A stretch of 64,000 bases of DNA from Alphaproteobacteria bacterium (GTDB lineage Bacteria; Pseudomonadota; Alphaproteobacteria; SP197): the NCBI GenBank assembly GCA_965116515.1, contig OZ220705.1, positions 2,399,565-2,463,564 of the forward strand, written 5' to 3'. Positions 46,159-55,292 of the stretch are shown one piece after another (the stretch's first letter is position 1; each line of letters starts with the position of its first letter). The notes under the pieces are model-generated. The model worked only from the letters and a program-made list of their open reading frames with translations. It was not told the DNA's origin and made no database searches. A program made the position numbers and the translations under genes.

Positions 46159-47177
46159 GCCCCCGGACGAACGCACCTCATCGCGCCCGACGGTCACGCC
46201 CAGCGCTCGCGCCGGCGACTCTCCCGCCGTGCGCACCATCGCCCTTGCCGTATCCATCATGGTCATCGTATCGCCTTCGACCCCGTCGCCCGGACCGCCG
46301 ATGCATGCAACGCGCACGCCCGCCGAGCGGCGGCGCTTGTTCCTACGCTACGCCGGGCCCGGCGGAAAATGCAAACAACATCGCCCGTCGCCGTCCGCGT
46401 TGAGGCAGGGTGAGACGCGCTCCACCCTCTCGACCGGGCGCTGGCGGTCGGCGCGATGATCGAGGCGCAGCGCGGACACGTCGATGATCGCGTTGTCGAG
46501 GGTCCCGTCAACGCGCGCGCCGGCCGAGCGATCGGATGCCGTGTCGAATCCCGTTCATGTCGCGGTGCACCGGCATCGACCTGGAGCGGAGCCCTCTGCC
46601 GACCCCCGAGCGGGGCCCGCCGCGCGGCACCAGGTTGCACCAGCCGCCGTCGGCGAGCGCTTTCGCCTTCTTGTTCCAGCGCCGGATCTGCGAGCGCATC
46701 CAGTCGCCGGTGCGCCACTCCCTGACGACCTGCCGGAAGTCCTCCCTGGCGCCCCACACGTCCACCGCGATCTGGCGCGGCTTCCTGCCCCGCCGCAACC
46801 CGTCCATCAGGATCGCCAGGTTGCGGTCCTCCTCGCGCTGCCGCCGGGACGAGGGGACGAACGGCCCGTCACCTGCCAGAATTTGGGCAGCCGGCGCATG
46901 GTGTGCGGCATGCGCAGCCCGAACGGGTGGCGCAGCTCGATGCCCACGCCCTCGGGAAACGGCCCGGCATCGCGCAGCAGGATCTGCACCGCCCGCCCGC
47001 GGTGCTCGATCTTGAGCACGAGGCCGCCGTCGAGCAGCCGCCGCCCCTCGATCGAACCTCCGCCCGCCGCGACCACCGTGGCGAGCGGCGCGACGCCCGG
47101 AGCGATCATCGCCTCGGTCATGCCCTCCTGTATCTAGAAGGGCGAGGCGGGGCCGCCCTCGCCCCGCCGGTCCGCCC

Positions 47178-47400
47178 ATGCGGTAGCTGCCCTCCAGGCC
47201 GAGCCTGAGTCGGGTCACGCCGGAGTCCGACGCCGTGAGGTCGCGCGTCTTCTCCGAGGAGGTCCGCGTCCACAGCGCGTCCGAGGTCACCGCAAGGGCG
47301 GGACCGCCTTCTGCGGGCGGCGCCAGCAGGTCGCTCCGGAGCCCCGCCGCCGCAATGCTCCACGGGTCGCTCGTCGGAGCCCCTGTGACCGCAACCTGCC
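47178..47400 (-). repeat. Dispersed duplicate (~85% identity) of a 220-bp segment of the giant autotransporter beta-domain region (compare 40418-40640).
   Basis: Nucleotide colinearity; encodes ...AAAGLRSDLLAPPAEGGPALAVTSDALWTRTSSEKTRDLTASDSGVTRLRLGLEGSYRM, matching the giant protein. Confidence 0.6.
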
Positions 47401-47514
47401 GCAAACCGCCATCTTCACCAAACCCGCCTTCCACGGCCTCGCCGCAGTCAGCCCGATGGACCCCATCGGGTCACCCGAATGCCCTCATCCACAATGACCG
47501 GACAATCCGGGAAA

Positions 47515-47730
47515 TCAAGGCCCCAGGCGCGCAAGATAATCCGAGGAATCAGTGGTCAAACAGTCCGCGAGACAACACGGATAGTCGTTGCGTCCCTTGC
47601 CGCGTCGCTTCTCCAGAGCCGCGATGAGAGCGTCGTCGGGCAGGGCATCGAGAACCCGTCGCAGGCGCTCGATGTCGTCAAGGCTCTCGACATGGGACCA
47701 GGAAAGGAGTAAGGGAGTGGCTGTCGTCAT
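47515..47730 (-). pseudogene. Possible N-terminal fragment of an IS5/IS1182-family transposase (DUF772-like).
   Basis: ...LSWSHVESLDDIERLRRVLDALPDDALIAALEKRRGKGRNDYP resembles the InsH N-terminal domain; truncated after about 70 aa. Confidence 0.35.
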
Positions 47731-48104
47731 GGTGCTGGTCGTCCCTCCTTGCCGAGGTGGTTTGAACACACCAGACATAGCCCATGGCGACCCCTTTTGT
47801 CCACATGATCAGAGAGTTGTTCCACATCCGTGCGATGCGTGGCGGTACCGGGAGAGGGTCGGCGAGGTGTGCACCAGACTTGGGGTGGAATCCCGGCTGA
47901 CGACGCAACGCCAAAAGGGTGAATCGCCTCTTCTCAGGAACTTGCAAACAGCTCGCTGGGGTAAGACATGTCCCGGGTCTCAACTTCCTCGCCCACTCTC
48001 AACAGGTTACAAACAGCGCAGAAGTCTCGTCTTCGCGACACTGTCCGGCCCCGGCACCGCATGGCGGTCCCCGCCGGTGCCCCCCGCGTGGCGAGCGCGC
48101 ACGC

Positions 48105-49052
48105 TCAACTCACTGGCGGTTCGACCGGGACGCGCCGAACGACCCGACGATCGCCCCCGACCTGAACACGCCGCCGGCCTCCTCGTGATAACCGCCGTAG
48201 AATGTCCCCACGACGTGCTCGCCGTCCCAGTGCGTGCCCTTCGAGAACGCGCCGTCCTTCACCGCGATGCCGGTCCACGCCATCCTGTGGCCCGCGGTGG
48301 CACCGGTCCTCAGGTCGACGAAATTGTCGAGCGTGACATCGACCGAGGAGTCGCCGAAGTCGTAGATGATCCCGGCATCCCCCTGCAGCATGTCGGGAGC
48401 GGGGAACAGCCGGTTCAGGTCCGTGCCCACCGCGACGCCGGTCCACGACGCCGATCCGGATACCGGATTCGTGCCCGAAGCCAGGCCGACCGACCAGGGC
48501 GCGGCCTGGACCGAGTCGGGCGCGCCCTTGTCGGGATGGAAGCCGATCTGCACGAGAAAGGTGTTGTAATGCATCCAGGCGCCGTAGCCGGTGAGCTCCT
48601 GGGGGCGTCGGGATGGGATGTCGCATCGTAAAGGTCTGGCCGAGCCGGACGCCCCCGCGTTCCATGACCGGCAGGTATTCCGCATCGAAGAAACCCTCCA
48701 GGTCTCCTTCCCCGCTCTTGCCGTACCTGCAGGCGCCTCCCGCGCACGCCGCCCCCCAGGCGTAGCCGGGGAACTCTCCGGAGGAGCGGTAGACGCCGCC
48801 GAGTATCCAGGTGTCGGCACTCGTGACGATCTTCTCGTCGAGCGCCGAAAGCTCGTCCGAAGTCATGCCGTACGCCGTGCTTCCGGCAACGTTCCCCGAT
48901 GCGGCGCCGGCGTCCAGCAGCCAGTCCGGCGGGCCGGATGCAGTGCCCGCGCCGGATCCGGCGACCGTCTCCGCCATGTCCTCCCGGTGCCCGCCGCACC
49001 CGGAAAGAGCCAGGACGACGAGAAACGCGAACAACCCGATCATCGTGTGCAT
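48105..49052 (-). pseudogene. Surface lipoprotein with a TbpB-like C-terminal handle/beta-barrel domain (Slam-substrate type), interrupted by a frameshift at a G5/C5 homopolymer (48601-48605).
   Basis: Lipobox LALSGC at the N-terminus (frame A, 49052 to ~48606). The C-terminal barrel ...HRMAWTGIAVKDGAFSKGTHWDGEHVVGTFYGGYHEEAGGVFRSGAIVGSFGASRSNRQ is in frame B (to 48110). Removing one C restores ...RHPIPTPQELTGYGAWMHYNTF.... Confidence 0.65.
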
Positions 49053-49521
49053 ACTCAGTTACCCCGCGTATCCGGACGGACTCGAACAATGCTCCGCCCC
49101 AGTCCGGGGGCAACCCGCCGCCGCGTCGCATCCCCAATCCGCGGGCGCCGCCCGGAGAGACGGCCGGCGGGCAGGAAAGCGCCACGAACGCTGCCTGAGC
49201 AAGCCTGCCCTCCCCGGTCTGGGTCGCGCCATTGCACCTCGCAGCCTCGGCGATGTCACTGTGGCGGATTGGGTCTCGGGCGGAAACTGCGCGCGCGGAC
49301 AATGCTCTGCAGGCCGGGCTGTTGGCATCAAGACGGTGAAGGACCTGCGCGAGTTAGTGGAAACCGAGGGGCCGATGAAGCCCGACTGAGCGCCGTCCCG
49401 TTATCCATCGCGGATCGTCCCGATGGCGATGAACATCCGCTTCAGGCAATCCTGGAAGCTCCGGAAACCGAGGAGGCGGTAGAACGCCATGCGACGAGCG
49501 AAGGCCTCGTCTTCGCCATCG

Positions 49522-49848
49522 TCAATCAAATCCAGTACGACGCTTGAGCCCCACCTCGCCCGCGACATTCAGGACCCGGCCATGAGCATCAACGGCAAGG
49601 TCCGACACAAGGCCTTTGTCTTGCCAGCTTCGGTCCACTGCAATCATGGAGAGATACAGCGCTGGGATGATGCCCGTGTCAGGCGCGCGCCGGGAGCGGT
49701 CCGCGCCGAACCCGCTCGTGGCAACCACATGAGCGTTCAGTGTACAGTAGCCGAGAAACTTGAGCGAGCCGTCCGCGACCGTCACGAACACTCGCGTGAA
49801 ACCGTCTTTCGGCTGCTTCCTCGCGCCAGGGTGGCGACGAGCTCAGCG
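49522..49848 (-). pseudogene. Truncated GNAT-family acetyltransferase toxin (TacT/AtaT/KacT-like, type II TA); the N-terminal ~60 aa are disrupted by a stop.
   Basis: GYCTLNAHVV...RAPDTGIIPALYLSMIAVDRSWQDKGLVSDLAVDA matches the TacT core (GYYTLSA ... RLPRPKIPALLIGRLAVD..YQGQGLG). In-frame upstream residues ARRH... are preceded by a stop; no intact antitoxin was seen. Confidence 0.5.
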
Positions 49849-49998
49849 ATCAAGATCCACCAGCACTGGCGGCAGACCGGCAGCGTGACGGCGGCGCCGA
49901 CGGGCGGCGACCGGCGTTCGGGTTGAGGCCAGGGCATCGCGGAAGGAATCCACCCAAGGGTCCCATCTTGGCAAAAACCATGACGAAGGCTGCAAACA

Positions 49999-50859
49999 TT
50001 ACAGCTTGTACATGCGCTTGAACATGCGCGACGACCAGCTGAAGGGAAGCAGCCGTCGCAGCAGATTCATCAACCTGGCATCCATCGCCAAGTCTTGCTT
50101 CAGGCCAGGTTTCCTCCTTTCTACAAGATCAAACAGGCCCTTTGCGATTTTCTCCGGGGTCGCCAATGCACTGGAGGTATTCGCCGATGCACTGATTGAG
50201 TCCAGTTTGTCGATGTACGTCCTGTAGAACTCCTTGCCTTCCTCCGGCATGCTTGCATAGGCTTGAGAAGCATCGGTTGTCCTTGCAAGAAGGCGTGTCT
50301 TGGTAACGCCAGGCGAGGCTGAAACCACATGTATGTCCAGCAGTCCAAGGTCGTAGTACATGGCTTCCGTCAAGCCAACGAGTGCAAATTTCGAGGCATT
50401 ATAGGCGCCATTGAAGGGCTGACCCAATATGCCGGCCCATGATGTCACGTTGACTACCCGCGATTTGACGCTGTTCTGCTCATTGAATTTTTTCAACAGC
50501 GGAACACATGCTTGAGTCAGACGAACAATGCCCCAGACGTTGACATCCATCACGTGACGCATTTTGTCTTCATCGGCATACTCAAAGGGGGCGGTGTAGG
50601 TAAGTCCCGCATTGTTGATGATGGCATAGAGGCCGCATTCCTCCAGCTCGGCGGAAACTGCCGCAATCGCCTGTTCAATCTCGTCGGCAACGGTGACATC
50701 GATCCTGATTGGCGTTACATTGGAAATCTGCGCCAGGGCCTTTCCATCATCCTCGCTCCTGTAGCCAGCGAAAACCCGATAACCCCTTTGAGAAAACAAT
50801 TCTGCTGCGCAGGCGCCTATCCCGGAAGACGCTCCGGTTATCAGCACGGATTTTTCCAT
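49999..50859 (-). CDS. Short-chain dehydrogenase/reductase (SDR) family oxidoreductase; noticeably lower GC than its neighbours.
   Basis: TGASSGIG cofactor motif, NNAG, YxxxK (YNASK). Start at ATG 50859. Confidence 0.8.
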   Translation of the reverse strand: MEKSVLITGASSGIGACAAELFSQRGYRVFAGYRSEDDGKALAQISNVTPIRIDVTVADEIEQAIAAVSAELEECGLYAIINNAGLTYTAPFEYADEDKMRHVMDVNVWGIVRLTQACVPLLKKFNEQNSVKSRVVNVTSWAGILGQPFNGAYNASKFALVGLTEAMYYDLGLLDIHVVSASPGVTKTRLLARTTDASQAYASMPEEGKEFYRTYIDKLDSISASANTSSALATPEKIAKGLFDLVERRKPGLKQDLAMDARLMNLLRRLLPFSWSSRMFKRMYKL

Positions 50860-51589
50860 GGTTGCTTTGCCTTTTCGTTTGACTGCCGCGGCGTGCGCGA
50901 GACGGACGTGTGTATCGTTGAGATCTCGACCGAAACTGCTTCGCAAGCGTTGGGACACCAGTGCCGTGAAACTGTATCGCAACGAAAAGTCCTTGTAACC
51001 CTCTGGTCACCGGGCGCTCCATTTGCCGCATGGTTGGGCTCGAAGGCCGGTGTCTTGCCAACGATTTCGCGGGCGAGATCACCGACGCGGTTCGTGCAGC
51101 AACGTGCCTCAGGCAGGCAGAGACGAGCCTTCTCGCGACGATGCAGTGTCGGTGCGCTGGCCTCGGACACAGGTGATGTTGGCGTCGGCGCTTGCCGGGA
51201 TGCCGAGTTTGAGGAAGAGACGAACTTCGCCGGAAGACACCGTTTGGGCGACGGCAGCGGAGTGCTTGCCGGAAAACGGGTTGAGGAACGTGTGGTTCTG
51301 CCAGCGTGACGTTTCTGCCTTGACGCCGGAGGCAGTGCAGTATCGGACGACGGTCGATCTGCTGTCTTGAAACAGGTACGAGGAGCGTTGGCCGCTGGCC
51401 GATCCTGGACCCGGTCAGGGGGCGACATCGCGGGAATTGACACGATACGATCATCCTGGTTCTGGCCATTGGCCAATTGCAGCGATTGGCGGGCAGCAGC
51501 CGTGTACGGTGATGCACGGTCTGCAATCCGGGGCGTTTTCCCATCGGCACGACTGCAACGGGTGCAGCCGGGATTTCAAATCTGATGCG

Positions 51590-52080
51590 AAGGCGGCAGG
51601 CAGTTCAACCGGGAAGCGCCGAACGACCCAACATCGCCCCGACCTGAACACGCCACTGGCCTCCTTGTGGCAGCCGCCCGGAACGTTCCCGCGACATGCT
51701 CGCCGTCCCGGTACGTCCCCTTCGAGAACGCCCCGTCCTTCACCGCGATGCCGGTCCATGCCATTCTGTGGTCCGCAGCGGCGGCGATCCCAGTACCCGA
51801 GTCGTGCAGGAAGTCCGGCCGATCGAACAGGGCACGGCCCGGACCAGGTCGGGCGTACCCTCTTCGGGATGCAAGCTGGTCTGCGAGGGCAAGATGTCGC
51901 AACGCATCCAGGATCGCGGGCTGTGAGTTCCCGGGGCGTCGGGATTGGACGTCGCATCGTGGAAACACTGGCCGAGCCGGATGTCCCCCGCGTTCCATGA
52001 CCGGCTGGAACTGCGGATCGAAAAGAAGCCGTTCAGCTCTCCTTCCCCGATGGCGCCGATGTTTAACCGCAACCGACACA
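51590..52080 (-). pseudogene. Degraded, internally deleted second copy of the TbpB-like lipoprotein C-terminal region (a paralogue of 48105-48600).
   Basis: Nucleotide colinearity with 48105-48700. Encodes ...HRMAWTGIAVKDGAFSKGTYRDGEHVAGTF...GSFGASR with gaps and frameshifts. Confidence 0.5.
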
Positions 52081-52081
52081 A

Positions 52082-54259
52082 TCACCAGAGCATCCCTATC
52101 CTGATCCTGGCGACAAACGCATAGGCATCGTTCTGGCTGTAGGCTGTATCGTACTGCGCCCCGAGGCTGCAGCGAACAACCTCTCCCCAGTGCCATCGTG
52201 TGCCGAGCCGAACCGTCCGATACCCGGCCCGCGCCCATTCGATCCCGGCGTATGGCTGCGCGGTGCCTCGATTGCCTCCGATACGCATGTCATATCCGAT
52301 CTCGATCGCCACCTTCGCCGTATCACTCTCCTCGAATTCGAAGGCGCGGTGCGGATCCAACGGTTCACCGCTTTCGGCCGCACCCCACATCGGCGCCAGC
52401 GTCAGAGAGAGACTACGTTGCCGAGCATCGGGTCGCAGGACAACTTGTCCTCCGATGCTCCATCCCTCTTCGTTGCTGCCCGCCACGTAACGTGTCGCCT
52501 CCACCTCCGCCATGAGCAGGCCGTCCGCCCTTGCGTAGTGAAGGCCGGCGCCAAGCTCCACCGCCGGTCCCTCAGCCTCGCCCCCCACATCCCTGTGAAG
52601 CCCGATCTCGGCACGCGGCGTCAGCAAGGCGGCATCGCGAAGCTCGAAACGCCGGGAACCTTCGAAGCCCACACGAAGCCGCCCCACCGTCGAGTCGATC
52701 GGCTCCAGATCAGCAAGTTCGCCGGTCTCGATCGCCGTGAGCGCCGTGCTCGCGCGGCTTGACCATTGGATTCGGTGCGCTTCTCCCATCTCGATACGCA
52801 AACCCACAGCGCCCAGCACCGTCTCGATCTCGGTGCGGATTCTGTCGCCTACCGTCGGCTCGAGGCTCAGCTTCCCCGTTCCCTTGCCGACCACCCCCCA
52901 AAGCCGCAAACCCTCGCGCGGCACAATCCCGAAGTACGGCGAAACGGTCGACAGCTGCGCCTTGATCGGCCCGGTCGGTGCGGTGCTCCCGTGAGCCCTG
53001 CTGTGCGAAAGTGCGATCCCCACCGTGGCGGCATCGCTATTGCGGTGGACGCCCAACGTCGCGGTTTGCACACGCCCGTGCAGATCATGCCCGCTCGCGG
53101 ACATGGAGCCCGTCACACCGCCGCCCCATATGCTCCAGCCATGTGCCTTGCGAGCCCGACGCGGCGACAGCCGGAACGAGGCTCGTGAGACCACCTTCGA
53201 GACGTCAGGCATGTCGCCTTCCTCAAACGAGACCGCCCCGCCCAGGGTCGCGTACGACGCGGGTCCTTCCGACAACCGGCGTTCGATGCTTCCCACAATC
53301 TGGTCGGTACTCGTGCGCGCAAGTGCCGACGTCCACGCCTTGAGCGCGCTGCGGGTCGTTGCCGAGCCTCGAGACCCGTCCGAGACTGCGATCGAGATGG
53401 GACAGTGATCCGGATGCGGTCCCTCGCGCGTTCCCTCGCGGAACGATCCTGGCGTTGCGACAGGTCCGTCAGGACCACCCAGCACGATATGGTCGATGAA
53501 GTCCGGGTAGCGAGAGTCGCAGCGTGATTGCCTGTTCGCGGCCGCGAGTTCCAACGCATCGCCCTCCGGCGAGAGCGCGCTCCAGGCCCAGTCGCCGGGG
53601 ACCGCAATGCGCCGGTTGAAGTCGCCCGCGATTGCGAACCGGTCTCCCGAGCGCCGCCGCTCGTCGATCCATGCCCTGAGCACTCTCACCTGGCCTCGAA
53701 GGACGGTGCAGGCGTCGCGTCCCTGCGCGTCCTGGTGTGCGCCCCAGCACCCGGACTTCAGGTGCACGGAGAGGACGTGGAGCTTGCGCTCGCCCCGGCC
53801 GACAACAATGTGCACGCCCCAGCGCAAGTTTGCATTCCCACCCGCGAGCGCAGAGATATCGCTCGCGCGCCGGTAACCAACGCTTCGCCGCACCGCGATG
53901 CCCGTTGCCTGATGCTGAAGCCTTCCCTCCGGCCGATGCCAGCACGCCGGTCCTTGCCCCATGTCCGGACGAGAGGACATCACGATGCTCCACTTCGCCG
54001 GGTCGAACACCCGCCGCGCCGCGGCCTCGTTCTCCACCTCCTGGAACGCCACGACGTTCGCATCCAGCGCCTCGATCCGGCGCCCAATGGCATCGTAGTC
54101 TTCTTGCGAGCGCTCGATGCACCCCTTGCCCTTCGCATCGTTCAGGTGCTCTAAATTCCACGCCGCAATGCGAAGATCGCTCGCCTGCCCGCTTCCGTAC
54201 GGTGCACTCAGCGCCACGAGGGCGCCGAGCGCACCTGCTATCCAGTCGGCGAACTTCAT
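52082..54259 (-). CDS. Autotransporter with an N-terminal endonuclease/exonuclease/phosphatase (EEP) passenger domain and a C-terminal beta-barrel.
   Basis: Signal peptide. EEP motifs (LRIAAWNLEHL ... VVAFQEV ... GDFN ... SDHCP). C-terminal translocator ending ...ARIRIGMLW (725 aa). Confidence 0.8.
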   Translation of the reverse strand: MKFADWIAGALGALVALSAPYGSGQASDLRIAAWNLEHLNDAKGKGCIERSQEDYDAIGRRIEALDANVVAFQEVENEAAARRVFDPAKWSIVMSSRPDMGQGPACWHRPEGRLQHQATGIAVRRSVGYRRASDISALAGGNANLRWGVHIVVGRGERKLHVLSVHLKSGCWGAHQDAQGRDACTVLRGQVRVLRAWIDERRRSGDRFAIAGDFNRRIAVPGDWAWSALSPEGDALELAAANRQSRCDSRYPDFIDHIVLGGPDGPVATPGSFREGTREGPHPDHCPISIAVSDGSRGSATTRSALKAWTSALARTSTDQIVGSIERRLSEGPASYATLGGAVSFEEGDMPDVSKVVSRASFRLSPRRARKAHGWSIWGGGVTGSMSASGHDLHGRVQTATLGVHRNSDAATVGIALSHSRAHGSTAPTGPIKAQLSTVSPYFGIVPREGLRLWGVVGKGTGKLSLEPTVGDRIRTEIETVLGAVGLRIEMGEAHRIQWSSRASTALTAIETGELADLEPIDSTVGRLRVGFEGSRRFELRDAALLTPRAEIGLHRDVGGEAEGPAVELGAGLHYARADGLLMAEVEATRYVAGSNEEGWSIGGQVVLRPDARQRSLSLTLAPMWGAAESGEPLDPHRAFEFEESDTAKVAIEIGYDMRIGGNRGTAQPYAGIEWARAGYRTVRLGTRWHWGEVVRCSLGAQYDTAYSQNDAYAFVARIRIGMLW

Positions 54260-55292
54260 CTCGAACCGTATCCGTTCGGATCCCGGGGGATGAGGAGACG
54301 GTTATCCACCTGTTGGCATGCGCACACCTGTCCGACCGCGCCCGTGTGTGATTCTACCGATTGAGGGTGCGTTGCCAATCTCTCCGGAAGGGCGGAGCCA
54401 GATGTCCTCTTTCGGCTGGGCTCGTTCGTATGCCTGTCATAGCCCCGGCCCCGGGTGGTGCCTGCATGGGTCCAGCCCGATGCCCGGTAGACGGCCCCGG
54501 TGTAGCGTGGGTTTCGACGAAGGTTTTGATCAGCACCGGGGTGATGTTGTAGTGCTCGGTTGAGTCGATGGGCAGGCATCGGCGCACGATGACAAGGATG
54601 TGCGAGTCGAGGTTGGGGATCACAATCCAGGGGCAACATCAGAAAACTCGGATTGTCGACCACGAGCGGGAGGAACTTCTCGCTCCTGTCAGGTGTCTAC
54701 CCGCTCGCCCTCGCGGTACATCTTCTCGATCCGCAAGCGCTCTCGGTCGGTGTGCTGCTTCAGCCAGTTGATCTCGTCCTGGCGGCCGACTTCGATCCGC
54801 TCCTGTGCCCGTAAGACCTGCACAACGTGAGGCGAAGATCGGCGTCCTGGGACTCGATCCTGCGCTCCACGCCTTCGTGACCCGCGACGCGGTTCTCGAC
54901 ACGGCCGTCTCGATCTTGAACCGACAGGTGTTGAATTGCCTTGTCAGCGAGTTCGCAAGCGTTCGGGCGTCCCTCTCCGACCGGCGCTGTTCCTCGCGGC
55001 GCAACCGCGCCACATTCGCGCGGCCTCGTTCCTCCTTGACGATGGACGCACGCTTCCGCTTCTTCGAGCAGAGACGCCCAGTCGAGCGGCTCGTGCGCAG
55101 GCGTCACGATGGGAAGCGACCACAGGCTTCTGTTGTCCTCCGCCGGCGCCAGGTCGGTGACGAAATCCGCGTCGAGAACCGGCATGCGCCAGACGGCAGC
55201 GCATGCACGAATCAGTTACCAATGGAGGCACCGTCAAAACGCACCTGACGGCGTGTCTTGAAAGTGCCTCGGCAGACTTCGGAATCCGGGCA

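Noticed and set aside
47588-48631. 347-aa plus-strand ORF spanning the junk zone and the lipoprotein 3' end
   Set aside because: Low-complexity composition, antisense to the TbpB-like lipoprotein gene, no RBS.
54260-55292. Possible transposase/recombinase remnants between the EEP autotransporter and the metzincin lipoprotein
   Set aside because: Several short frames give protein-like stretches (e.g. …LDSHILVIVRRCLPIDSTEHYNITPVLIKTFVE…) but none matched a family confidently and the frames are broken. Left unannotated.
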